Part shown: positions 1 through 8,789 of the stretch, piece by piece
How the letters are laid out: each line of letters starts with the position of its first letter
Position numbering within the stretch: the stretch's first letter is position 1
Assembly: GCA_045803545.1 (NCBI GenBank)
Contig: JBJMOW010000004.1
Span: forward strand, 352,001-416,000
Source: Gemmatimonadaceae bacterium
GTDB taxonomy: Bacteria > Gemmatimonadota > Gemmatimonadetes > Gemmatimonadales > Gemmatimonadaceae
Direction: 5' to 3'
Length of the DNA stretch: 64,000 nt
Program-made: the position numbers and the translations under genes
The notes under the pieces: generated by a model
The model's database searches: none
The model's input: only the letters and a program-made list of their open reading frames with translations
What the model was told of the DNA's origin: nothing

Positions 1-584
1 GTCAGGTGTCCTTTTCGGAATCCAGGTTTCCACCATGGTGCGTGCCCGATCGGCAACAACGCAAGATCCAGGTTCCGACCCTCGTCGAGAAGCTGCCTTT
101 CCACCATATGCGTAGTATCGGTTTTCAGCGCCGTATCTCCGGCGAAGAAACACGAAACCTTATTAGTATCGAGTAGATACATATTTGTTGCGCTTCGCCA
201 GCGGTCTACTCCATACCGGTTGCCTTTATGCGTCGCAGACGCAGCGTGGATGTGCAGATCTCCCAAAGTCTCTTTTGATCCCGGATCGACGGGTACCGCG
301 TGTTTATAGCCTTGCTTGCTCAGCCACTTTGCTACCGCTGGAGGTGCGAAGAGCGGAATATCCGACTGCAGCGAATCGAGAGACTTGAAGGACAGGTGGT
401 CGGCGTGCGCATGTGTGAGCAGGATTGCATCGAGCTTGGGCAGCGCATCGAGCGCGATTCCAGGAGCACTGACTCTCGGCAGAAACTTACCTAGCGACAG
501 CTCAAAATTCGGATCAGTGATGATGGTCCGCTGTCCGATCTCGATTAGTAGCGTTGCGTGACCAATATACGTGACACGCAGCAT
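1..584 (-). CDS. MBL-fold metallo-hydrolase (UlaG/NAPE-PLD-like), truncated by window edge
   Basis: Not in the ORF track; translated by hand: MLRVTYIGHATLLIEIG...TDPNF...LLTHAHADHLS...FFAGDTAL...DLALLPIG. AGGAGG Shine-Dalgarno precedes the ATG at 584. Confidence 0.88.
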   Translation of the reverse strand, partial: MLRVTYIGHATLLIEIGQRTIITDPNFELSLGKFLPRVSAPGIALDALPKLDAILLTHAHADHLSFKSLDSLQSDIPLFAPPAVAKWLSKQGYKHAVPVDPGSKETLGDLHIHAASATHKGNRYGVDRWRSATNMYLLDTNKVSCFFAGDTALKTDTTHMVERQLLDEGRNLDLALLPIGHAPWWKPGFRKGHL

Positions 585-593
585 TGACCCTCC

Positions 594-2267
594 TTATCCC
601 GCCGGCCGTACCTTCGCCCGCTCGCGTGCCAACATCCACTGCTGCGGCAGCGCCGCTATGTTCTGCGCCGTGTAGTAAAGGTTCAGTCCTGACGCCATGT
701 TGAGCAGCACCACCGTCATCATGAGCGGGAACATGTACCCCATCATCTTTGCCTGCGGGTTCGGTGGTGCAGTCCTCATTCCAATCCACGACAAGATGTA
801 CATGGACGCCCCCATCAGCAGCGGGAGGATATACAGGGGGTCCTTCACCGAGATGTCATGGAGCCAGAAGAATGGGACGCCCCGGAACTCGATTGTATTC
901 TGGAAGACGAAGAACAGCGCGAACAGAATGGGCATTGGCAGCAGCGCTGGGAGGCACCCCGTAAGGCCGGCGAACGGACTGACCCCGGCATCGCGATAGA
1001 CTTTCATTATCGCTTCACGCTGTTGGACTGGATCTTTGTATTTCTTCTGCGCCACTGCAAGCTTCGGTTGGAGCTCCTGCATTTTGAGACTCGAGCGCAT
1101 GGTGCTCTGATTGAGCGGCCACAGCGCCAATCGGACTAGAACACCAAGAATGATCAGGACCCACCCGTAACTGAGGTTCAGGCGGTTGTGCATCCATAAC
1201 AGCGCCTGAATGACTTTGGACGCGATTGGATGCACGACGCCTTGCAGGAATCGCCATCCGTAAGGGTTTATGTGATCGAAGTCGCGACCCATTCGCGAAA
1301 GACGCTGCGATTCCTGCGGACCCGCATACACGTCGAACGAAAATGCTCCGTCATGAATCTCGTCTACCACAGCAGCACTGGCCGTAGTCGCGACCTTGGA
1401 AGTCCTTGAACCACCGGTCAGAGTAGCTTCGCTGAACTGGGTTCCGTTGGTCGGGGCAAGTATGCCAAATACGAAGTATTTGTTCTTGACTGCAACCCAG
1501 TTGAGCGGGCCGGTTTCCAGAGCTTTTTCACCCGGATCCAAGCTGTTGAACAACACGCTCCGCGCACGATCCCGCTGCGGCTTGAAGCTGTAAGCAAGCG
1601 TCCTGTGATCACCGAGTGTGTCCGCCTCCGTCGGCCTCAGAGTTTCCGGCAGCTCCGTTATTAGATATGAAGGCGATGCGCTACCGGTGATGCGACCGTC
1701 GACGTGCATCGAGTAACTGGAGACGGTGTCCACGGGAAGCGTGTATGTGAGCACGACATCATGTTTACCGACAGTGGTCGAGTAGGAGAGGACTTCCGCG
1801 CCATTGCTGGCACGATGCCTCGTCAACGTGAACGGAAGTCGCGACAAATCGACGGTGTCGCTGGAACTGAGAATCCTATAGCTAAGCAGAGGAGTCCCAG
1901 GGCTGCCCAAATCGACTAGGCTATTCGTTGCTCGGTTCTTGTAGTCGCGTATGACAACCGCCGTTGGCGCACCACCAACGCTACTGAATTTGTAAATCGC
2001 CTTGGGCGTCTCGACATCAATAGTCTCGGTGTGAGCGGCGGATGTATCCAGCCTGCCGACAATTTCTGGCGGCGCACTTGGGATGGAACCAACGGCACTC
2101 GGCACCGTCGGCGAACTAACACCCTGAGTCGTAGACGACGCGGTTCTAGCGGTTGAATCCTTGGCGTTTCGCGCCGTCGGTGCTGGCTTGGCGGGAGGGA
2201 ACAACAGCTGGGTTGCCGCGATGACTACCAGCGATAGAAACAGCGCCAGAAAAAAACGCTTATCCAT
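594..2267 (-). CDS. yidC: membrane protein insertase YidC
   Basis: N-terminal TM, periplasmic domain, YGW...GCLP...FFWLHDIS..DPLYILP motifs; canonical position next to yidD/rnpA. Confidence 0.97.
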   Translation of the reverse strand: MDKRFFLALFLSLVVIAATQLLFPPAKPAPTARNAKDSTARTASSTTQGVSSPTVPSAVGSIPSAPPEIVGRLDTSAAHTETIDVETPKAIYKFSSVGGAPTAVVIRDYKNRATNSLVDLGSPGTPLLSYRILSSSDTVDLSRLPFTLTRHRASNGAEVLSYSTTVGKHDVVLTYTLPVDTVSSYSMHVDGRITGSASPSYLITELPETLRPTEADTLGDHRTLAYSFKPQRDRARSVLFNSLDPGEKALETGPLNWVAVKNKYFVFGILAPTNGTQFSEATLTGGSRTSKVATTASAAVVDEIHDGAFSFDVYAGPQESQRLSRMGRDFDHINPYGWRFLQGVVHPIASKVIQALLWMHNRLNLSYGWVLIILGVLVRLALWPLNQSTMRSSLKMQELQPKLAVAQKKYKDPVQQREAIMKVYRDAGVSPFAGLTGCLPALLPMPILFALFFVFQNTIEFRGVPFFWLHDISVKDPLYILPLLMGASMYILSWIGMRTAPPNPQAKMMGYMFPLMMTVVLLNMASGLNLYYTAQNIAALPQQWMLARERAKVRPAG

Positions 2268-2476
2268 TATGGAACCGGATCATAGCCGCCGGCATGAAAG
2301 GGGTGACATCGAAGAAGTCGGGCAGTCGTGAGGTAGAAGCCCCGCAGTACGCCATGCCGCTCAAACGCTTCGATCGCATACGCCGAGCAACTCGGGTAAT
2401 AGCGACAACTCGCGGGAAGTAGCGGGGATATTGCCACCTGGTATCCACGAATCAGCAGAATGAAGAACGTGCGCAT
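2267..2476 (-). CDS. yidD: membrane protein insertion efficiency factor YidD
   Basis: [10 protein letters not shown]...LLRCHPF..GGYDPVP signature. Confidence 0.96.
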   Translation of the reverse strand: MRTFFILLIRGYQVAISPLLPASCRYYPSCSAYAIEAFERHGVLRGFYLTTARLLRCHPFHAGGYDPVP

Positions 2477-2479
2477 CGC

Positions 2480-2800
2480 TTAGCGTGCAATTCCAGTTGC
2501 CCAGCTACCGATCTGAGCAACGTCGGCATTCAACTCACTGAACGTGGAATCGTAGGCCTCGGGTTTCGCCCGGATTAGCAGATCGACTCGGCCAAGCTCC
2601 GGTAGGACAGTTGTTCGCACCAGTTCGCGTAGCCGACGTTTAACGCGGTTTCTTTCAACGACCTTATGTCGATGTTTGGGTACCACGATGCCGACCCTTG
2701 GATGCAAAAACAGGGAAGCTGATGCTCGAGCCTCGAGACGCTCGGTTTGCATTCGCTTCCCTGTACGTCTAACCGCTTCAAGATCAGCTTCGCTCGTCAG
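2480..2800 (-). CDS. rnpA: ribonuclease P protein component (start uncertain: CTG at 2800 used; first ATG at 2752; frame open to 2863)
   Basis: RVGIVVPK..KVVERNRVKRRLRE (RNR motif); upstream in-frame FPRSRRL; lies between rpmH and yidD. Confidence 0.88.
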   Translation of the reverse strand: MTSEADLEAVRRTGKRMQTERLEARASASLFLHPRVGIVVPKHRHKVVERNRVKRRLRELVRTTVLPELGRVDLLIRAKPEAYDSTFSELNADVAQIGSWATGIAR

Positions 2801-2828
2801 CCGTCGGCTGCGAGGAAAGCCTAGGGAC

Positions 2829-2993
2829 TTAGGCGCCGGCGTACTTCGACGGTATCTGGACGGTTAGCCGTTTACGTCCCTTCTTGCGCCGCCGGCTCAG
2901 AACTTCACGTCCCCATTTAGTAGCCATCCGCAACCTAAACCCATGCGTGCGGATACGGCGCTTGTTACGAGGACGGTACGTCGGCTTGCCCAT
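2829..2993 (-). CDS. rpmH: 50S ribosomal protein L34 (54 aa)
   Basis: Below the ORF-track cutoff; translates [54 protein letters not shown]. Confidence 0.97.
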   Translation of the reverse strand: MGKPTYRPRNKRRIRTHGFRLRMATKWGREVLSRRRKKGRKRLTVQIPSKYAGA

Positions 2994-3042
2994 TTATAAC
3001 TCCAAAGAACCAGAAAGATCTTGAGTTGGTGCGAAGCGGGTA

Positions 3043-3071
3043 AAGCTATCCCAGCATTGGAGATACTTCAA
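3043..3071 (-). promoter_or_regulatory. sigma70-like promoter of the rpmH operon
   Basis: TTGAAG-17 nt-TAGCTT on the minus strand upstream of rpmH. Confidence 0.55.
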
Positions 3072-3102
3072 GTCAACTGAAGCAACACGCGTAAAAGCTC
3101 GT

Positions 3103-3131
3103 TTGACTTTTCCACATAAAACCGGTAGCCT
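3103..3131 (+). promoter_or_regulatory. dnaA promoter with a DnaA box in the spacer
   Basis: TTGACT-17 nt-TAGCCT, 8 nt before the ATG; TTTTCCACA at 3108-3116. Confidence 0.7.
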
Positions 3132-3139
3132 AGCCGGTC

Positions 3140-4570
3140 ATGTCGCTCAGTCCCGCCGAAGTTTGGAAACTCCTCCTCGATCGCGCCCGCCAGGAGCTTC
3201 CATACCAGACATTTCAGACCTGGCTCGCCCCTACCGAAGCACTCTCAATGGAGGGCGGAACGGTTTTCGTGGGAGCTCCAGATCAGTTTACGGCAGATTG
3301 GAACGAGTCCAAGCACTCTCAGTTGCTGTCGAGCTATGCGCCAATCGTTCTTGGGCACCCGCTAAATGTGGTCTTCAAGGTCATCGAAGAGCGAAAGAAA
3401 CGGTCGCAGATGGATTTTTTCGTTAGCCCTCCTCCGGCTCCAGCGAAGATGATAGGCCAGCAAAACGGCAGCAGCTCTCCGCCACTCAGCGAGCGTTACA
3501 CCTTCGACCTTTTCGTCATCGGCAAGTCCAACGAGCTCGCCGCAGCTGCTGCTCATGCCGTCAGTCAGGCTCCGGGCAAAGTTTACAATCCATTGTTCAT
3601 CTACGGCGACACGGGTCTTGGTAAAACCCATCTGATGCAGGCAGTCGCCCACGAAACTCTGCAGAGAAACCCGAATACGCGGGTCACCTACGTTGGCACC
3701 GAGCAGTTCATGAACGAGCTGATTAGCTCGATACTTGATCGCACTGCTCCCGAGTTCCGCCGTCGTTATCGCGAGACGGACCTTTTACTGATCGACGACG
3801 TCCACTTCCTCAAGGGTCGAAAAGAAACAACCCAGGAAGAGTTCTTCCACACGTTCAACGCACTCTATGAGGCAGGCAGACAAATCGTTCTGACCAGCGA
3901 CAGGCCTCCATCAGAAATTGCGGGGCTGGAAGCACGGTTGATTAGCCGCTTTCAATGGGGAATGGTGGCCGACATCGGGCTGCCCGACTTCGAGCACCGT
4001 GTTGCCATTCTCAAGCAGAAGGCACAATTGGATCGTCTCGAGCTGACGATTCCAGATGATGTGATTCACTTCATCGCGGAGCATGTGCGATCCAATGTGC
4101 GAGAGCTCGAAGGATCAATCATCAAGCTGCTCGCTTACGCCTCCCTAAAACACAAGGACATCACCGTCGACGTTGCCCGTGAGGCCTTGCGCGACAAGCT
4201 TCGCGCAATCGAAGGCCATGAGCATGAGCAAGCTGGATCCCTCAACATATTCACAATTCAGCAAGCTGTTGCAAAGGAATGGGGCGTGACAGTCGATGGA
4301 CTTCGGTCCAAGACGCGCACGAAGACGCTCACAACACCCCGCCAAATCGCGATGTATCTGACTCGCGAGCTCCTTTCGACCCAGCTCGTTGAAATTGGAA
4401 ATGCGTTTGGCGGCCGAGATCACTCAACCGTGATACACAGCCTCGAAAAAGTCCAGGATACCATCACACACGACTCCGATCTTCGCACTCGCATCAATCG
4501 GCTACGGAATAATCTCGAAGCTTTCAACTTTCGAGTGCTTCCGCGTGTGGAAACTTCCAAAGTTTCCTGA
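3140..4570 (+). CDS. dnaA: chromosomal replication initiator DnaA
   Basis: YNPLFIYGDTGLGKTHL Walker A, LLLIDD Walker B, FGGRDHSTV domain IV. Confidence 0.99.
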   Translation: MSLSPAEVWKLLLDRARQELPYQTFQTWLAPTEALSMEGGTVFVGAPDQFTADWNESKHSQLLSSYAPIVLGHPLNVVFKVIEERKKRSQMDFFVSPPPAPAKMIGQQNGSSSPPLSERYTFDLFVIGKSNELAAAAAHAVSQAPGKVYNPLFIYGDTGLGKTHLMQAVAHETLQRNPNTRVTYVGTEQFMNELISSILDRTAPEFRRRYRETDLLLIDDVHFLKGRKETTQEEFFHTFNALYEAGRQIVLTSDRPPSEIAGLEARLISRFQWGMVADIGLPDFEHRVAILKQKAQLDRLELTIPDDVIHFIAEHVRSNVRELEGSIIKLLAYASLKHKDITVDVAREALRDKLRAIEGHEHEQAGSLNIFTIQQAVAKEWGVTVDGLRSKTRTKTLTTPRQIAMYLTRELLSTQLVEIGNAFGGRDHSTVIHSLEKVQDTITHDSDLRTRINRLRNNLEAFNFRVLPRVETSKVS

Positions 4571-4735
4571 AATCGATGTCGACCGACGTTGACTACAGGA
4601 ATTACCAACATCCAATCACACATTAACCAGCGTAGCGGAAAGTCCACTCCTTTCGTAAGTTAGACCTTCTCCCCGGAACTCCACAGCCCCTGCTACGACT
4701 GCTATTAGTAACTCTTTATAAGAGACTACTTAGTA
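4546..4735. other. putative oriC with degenerate DnaA boxes and basal unwinding element
   Basis: TGTGGAAAC 4546-4554, TTACCAACA 4602-4610, AACTCCACA 4677-4685, GCCCC, trio-like TGC TAC GAC TGC TAT TAG TAA 4691-4711, then AT-rich CTCTTTATAAGAG; located between dnaA and dnaN. Confidence 0.75.
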
Positions 4736-4762
4736 AGCCGATCTGAAATAACAGGTACTCTG

Positions 4763-5875
4763 ATGCGCTTCACGATATCTCGGGAAAAGTTACAGGAAGG
4801 GTTGGCAGCGGTAACTGCCAGCATACCGGCAAAGACCACACTTCCGGTTCTTGCGAATATACTCCTCGAGACAACCGACAAAGGAATTAAGCTCTCAGGC
4901 ACAGACCTGGATATTGCCGTCAGTACAGAGGTAATGGCAGACGTTGAGACAGCTGGGGCCGTGACTGTTCCAGCTAAGAAGCTGAGTGAGATCGCGCGTG
5001 AGTTACCGCCAGCTCCGGTGAAGATGGCTGCAGTTGGCGAGCAGCGCGTTACGCTTGATTGTGGTCGTTCCCGATTTAAGCTGCTTGGTCTGCCTCGAGA
5101 TGAATTTCCGACTTTTCCCGCAGTGAAGTTCAATGAAAGCTGGAGAATTCGGTCGGGAGATCTTCAGCAGCTGATCGGACACACATCCTTTGCTGTATCT
5201 GCTGAGGAGAGTCGGCCGATATTGAATGGTGTCCTCTGGGAACTTCGTCCGGAGCGAATGCGAATGGTGGCAACAAATGGCCACCGGCTCGCGAAGATGG
5301 AGATGCCGATCGACTCGGCGAATGCTCCAGCCAGTGACCTGATCGTTCCGCCCAAGGCCCTGGAGCAGGTGAGACGACTTTTTCCAGCGGAGGAAGAGCT
5401 CGAGATCGCCCGTGGAGACAATCACCTTGGCTTCAGATCTCCATTCACTGCAGTCTTCACCCGGCTCATCGAAGGTCCGTATCCGAACTATGAGCAGGTA
5501 ATTCCGCGAGATAACGACAAAGTCGCGGTCGCTGATAAGGTCGCGCTTTCCAGTGCGTTAAAGAGAATGTCAGTGATCGCGTCGGATCAAACACACCGTA
5601 TCCGGCTTTCCTTCAACGCCGGCATGTTGAAATTCAGTGTGCAAACTCCAGATCTTGGCGAAGCGCAGGATGAATTACCGGTTCGCTACACTGGCGATCA
5701 GCTCGATATTGGCTTCAATGCCAGCTACCTGCTCGAGATTTTACGCTACATCCCGACTGACGAAGTGAAGATGACCTTTAGGGCACCTGAACGTGCAGCG
5801 ACGCTCGAGCCTGAAGGCTGGAAGAATCCAGCGTCGTACATGTGCCTGGTGATGCCCCTGCGACTTGTCGACTAG
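4763..5875 (+). CDS. dnaN: DNA polymerase III beta sliding clamp
   Basis: 370 aa; TLPVLANIL, GTDLD, ATNGHRL, RLIEGPYPNYEQVIP, LVMPLRL. Confidence 0.99.
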   Translation: MRFTISREKLQEGLAAVTASIPAKTTLPVLANILLETTDKGIKLSGTDLDIAVSTEVMADVETAGAVTVPAKKLSEIARELPPAPVKMAAVGEQRVTLDCGRSRFKLLGLPRDEFPTFPAVKFNESWRIRSGDLQQLIGHTSFAVSAEESRPILNGVLWELRPERMRMVATNGHRLAKMEMPIDSANAPASDLIVPPKALEQVRRLFPAEEELEIARGDNHLGFRSPFTAVFTRLIEGPYPNYEQVIPRDNDKVAVADKVALSSALKRMSVIASDQTHRIRLSFNAGMLKFSVQTPDLGEAQDELPVRYTGDQLDIGFNASYLLEILRYIPTDEVKMTFRAPERAATLEPEGWKNPASYMCLVMPLRLVD

Positions 5876-6726
5876 CGGACTCGGTTAAACTCTTCTTTCG
5901 CCGTTTCCCGCATTCGGTTCGTCCGTCCCGACGCTCGAATTATAAAATCCAAATCTTGAGTTGTTGTCAGGCGCAATAATCTCCCGAGCTCCGGACTTAC
6001 GAAGTAGGTAGCTGTGCCGGAACCGATTGTCTCGATAACCATCTGGTGTTGCTGTTGTCTTCCCGCGCCCTGTGCGGTGATGCTATCAACTCGCTGGATC
6101 GTGACCACGGCTTCGCCGTTGAATGATGTTTTGCCTACCACAGAGAACCGGCGGACGATCGTTGCCCTCATCGGTATGGTGCCATAACAGCTAACGCGGA
6201 CCGTCGAATCCCGCCATGTCATGCCGGGTGCGAGCTGCCGTGGAAAACTGATCAGCACGTTTCTGATGTCCGTCTTCAGGCTGGATTGAACTGCATCGCA
6301 CGGCTCAAGAGCGGACGAGTCTGCTGCAACAGTTACCGAGTCGATTGCTCCTGAGATCTGGACGGGAAGGTTTACTGGCGGCGTACCGCTGATGAGTCCT
6401 TGCGAAGCTGTGGAAAAAGTATCGATGGTCGCTGTATACCGAACTGTATCAGCGCTGACAGCCAGAGCCAGGATCTCATGGGTGTTGTTGGTCGATATTT
6501 CGCGATGTGTTCCCGAATCTGTCTGGCTTTCGATTGCAGCGCTGCGATTGATCTGCAGCCGAATGGTGTCGGATGTGTACGCAAAGATCCACGGACCATT
6601 GTCAGAGACTTCTGCCGATGGCTGTGTTGGGGCGGGGGAGGGTGAAACCGGTCGGGATGGACGGCTCCCGGCACAAGCTGCTGTCGCCAGTAAGATAAGA
6701 GTTGACCTCCAGAGGTTGCCCGTCAT
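5872..6726 (-). CDS. hypothetical lipoprotein
   Basis: The ATG at 6726 gives a signal peptide with lipobox-like TAAC, then a Pro-rich linker and a beta-rich body. Confidence 0.7.
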   Translation of the reverse strand: MTGNLWRSTLILLATAACAGSRPSRPVSPSPAPTQPSAEVSDNGPWIFAYTSDTIRLQINRSAAIESQTDSGTHREISTNNTHEILALAVSADTVRYTATIDTFSTASQGLISGTPPVNLPVQISGAIDSVTVAADSSALEPCDAVQSSLKTDIRNVLISFPRQLAPGMTWRDSTVRVSCYGTIPMRATIVRRFSVVGKTSFNGEAVVTIQRVDSITAQGAGRQQQHQMVIETIGSGTATYFVSPELGRLLRLTTTQDLDFIIRASGRTNRMRETAKEEFNRVR

Positions 6727-6756
6727 CCAATTATCGAAGTGAGCTTGTGAAAGCAA

Positions 6757-6786
6757 CAACCCCCGACACGCGAGCATCGGAGGTTG
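6757..6786 (-). terminator. possible hairpin terminator downstream of rnpB
   Basis: CAACCTCCGA...TCGGGGGTTG stem followed by a weak U tract. Confidence 0.35.
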
Positions 6787-6790
6787 AAGA

Positions 6791-7178
6791 AGGCAGCTGG
6801 TCTGTAAGCCGGGTTCTGTCGGAGTACTCGCGTACTCCGGACGATCATTTCTCTACGAGCATGGTCACCCATGCTCTCTAGCAGCCTACCCGCGGCGTCT
6901 TGATCGAGATGGACGTCTCTCGCCGCATATTTGGCCTTGCTCCGACTGGGGTTTGCCGTGCCGTCGACGTCACCGTCGACGCGGTGAGCTCTTACCTCAC
7001 CGTTTCACCCTTACCGCTCTTGCGAGCGGCGGTCTGTTCTCTGTGGCACTTTCCGTCGCGAACCACTCTCGTAGTTCGCGCCCAGGTGTTACCTGGCAGT
7101 CAGCCCATGGGAGCCCGGACTTTCCTCGGATTTAGTACGGGTAAGGTACTAAATACGCGATCGTCCGACCATCTGCCT
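6791..7178 (-). ncRNA. rnpB: RNase P RNA (class A)
   Basis: Minus strand carries GAGGAAAGTCCGGGCTCC near the 5' end and ACAGAACCCGGCTTAC near the 3' end; P1 pairing between GGCAGATGGTC and GACCAGCTGCC. Confidence 0.97.
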
Positions 7179-7309
7179 GATCAGAATATAACGACTGACT
7201 ATCGTTTCAGTCTCGTATTCTTGCCGAGATGCCGGTGACGAGCATCTGACGTGTCGTCCTTAATCTATTGCCGTTTTCAGATCACCCACCCCCAAACGGC
7301 GAGGAAGAC

Positions 7310-8218
7310 ATGACCTCACAATCGAAGACCGGGAGTTCGAGAACTCCCGTTTCGACGATCCTGACGCCACTCGAGCGGTCCCACGTTGATGCGGCTGCAC
7401 AAGGCTTGTGTGAGCCTTTGCACCGGGAATCACTTGATGAAGTGCTCTCAGATCTCCGTGAGCAAAAAGTCGATCTCGTGCTGATTTCAGTTGCGCGATA
7501 CGGAAGCCAAAGCTCCGGACGTGTTGCGGCAATGGTTCGCGAGTTTCCTCGGGTCCCGGCTGTCGCGCTTCTCACCGAAACCCAGAATTCGACTCCGCAC
7601 GCGACCCTGGCTTTGGGTCAAATGGGGATCCGTACTCTCGTCGATGCCAGAATTCCAGCCGGGTGGCAAATGCTGCGTAACCTTCTGGCCACCAAGGGAT
7701 CCAATGATCTTCAGCGATCTGCATTGGCACAGATCGGTCAGGATATTCCGGGCGTCTCGAAAGATTGTTGGAGATTCTTTGAGCTGTTGTTCGATACGTC
7801 ACCGCGAATCTCCACAGTGCGACAGCTCGCGCGTCATCTCAACATTCTTCCCAGTACTCTGATGAGCCGGTTCTTTCGCGCGAAGCTTCCAGCACCGAAA
7901 CGATATCTGTCGCTCGCGCGACTGATTCGGGCGGCACGACTGTTCGAGAATCCGGGCTTGTCAGTGGCCCGTGTCGCAAACCATCTCGACTACTCTTCAC
8001 CCCAGAGCTTCGGTCGGCATGTTCGAACGGTGATGAGAATGTCGCCTGTGAAATTCAGAGCGACCTACGATGGTCAGGGCATGCTGCAGCTCTTTCGCCG
8101 GGAATTGATCCTCCCGTATATCGATGTGCTTTCGAACTTCAGGCCGTCGGCCGCTTATCCGGGCTGGATGCCGAAAGCGATTCCCGCTGACCGGCACGCG
8201 TCTCGAGAACTGTCATGA
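7310..8218 (+). CDS. AraC-family transcriptional regulator with receiver-like N-terminus
   Basis: C-terminal double HTH (VRQLARHL...SVARVANHLDYSSPQSFGRH); GAGGA SD before the ATG at 7310. Confidence 0.85.
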   Translation: MTSQSKTGSSRTPVSTILTPLERSHVDAAAQGLCEPLHRESLDEVLSDLREQKVDLVLISVARYGSQSSGRVAAMVREFPRVPAVALLTETQNSTPHATLALGQMGIRTLVDARIPAGWQMLRNLLATKGSNDLQRSALAQIGQDIPGVSKDCWRFFELLFDTSPRISTVRQLARHLNILPSTLMSRFFRAKLPAPKRYLSLARLIRAARLFENPGLSVARVANHLDYSSPQSFGRHVRTVMRMSPVKFRATYDGQGMLQLFRRELILPYIDVLSNFRPSAAYPGWMPKAIPADRHASRELS

Positions 8219-8753
8219 TGTTGCTGGCGGTCGCGAGAGCAATCACAGACACCCCCGCTGATTCCAGCTTCTCGCGACCGCCTTCCTCACGGTCTACGAC
8301 TGCCAGCACACCGCTGACTATTCCGCCATTAGAGCGGACGGCTTCAATGGCACGTAGTGCGGAACCGCCGGTAGTTATGACATCCTCGATTACTACAACG
8401 CGATCGCCGGCGCGGAATGGGCCTTCTATGAGCTTACCAGTACCGTGCGTCTTGGCTTCCTTCCTTACCGTGAATGCACGGACCGGCTGTGCGGTATTAG
8501 CGCTTGCGTGACTGATCGCGTACGAAATCGGGTCAGCTCCAAGTGTTAATCCGCCCACTGCATCGACTTGCCATCCGGATTCCCGCAGGATTGCTAACCC
8601 AAGTCTACCGATTACCGAGAGCCCTTCGGGACTCATGGTCGTGAGTCTTGCGTCGATGTAGAACTGAGATTCTCTCCCTGAAGCGAGGATAAATTGCCCC
8701 CTCTTGCTGGATCGCTCGGCTAGCAGTGAAGTCAACAACTCCTGATCGGTCAT
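8139..8753 (-). CDS. pyrE: orotate phosphoribosyltransferase
   Basis: GQFILASGRES.FYID, VRKEAKTHG, VVVIEDVITTGGS PRPP motif. Confidence 0.96.
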   Translation of the reverse strand: MTDQELLTSLLAERSSKRGQFILASGRESQFYIDARLTTMSPEGLSVIGRLGLAILRESGWQVDAVGGLTLGADPISYAISHASANTAQPVRAFTVRKEAKTHGTGKLIEGPFRAGDRVVVIEDVITTGGSALRAIEAVRSNGGIVSGVLAVVDREEGGREKLESAGVSVIALATASNIMTVLETRAGQRESLSASSPDKRPTA

Positions 8754-8789
8754 GGTGCGTGAGGTTACGGATTCTTATGATTCGAGTCA

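Noticed and set aside
4538..4554. CTTCCGCGTGTGGAAAC as a parS site
   Set aside because: The spacing does not fit the 16-bp palindrome; it is better explained as a DnaA box.
6900..7238. ORFs 6900-7238 and 6953-7135 (+)
   Set aside because: They are antisense to the RNase P RNA gene and have no protein motifs.
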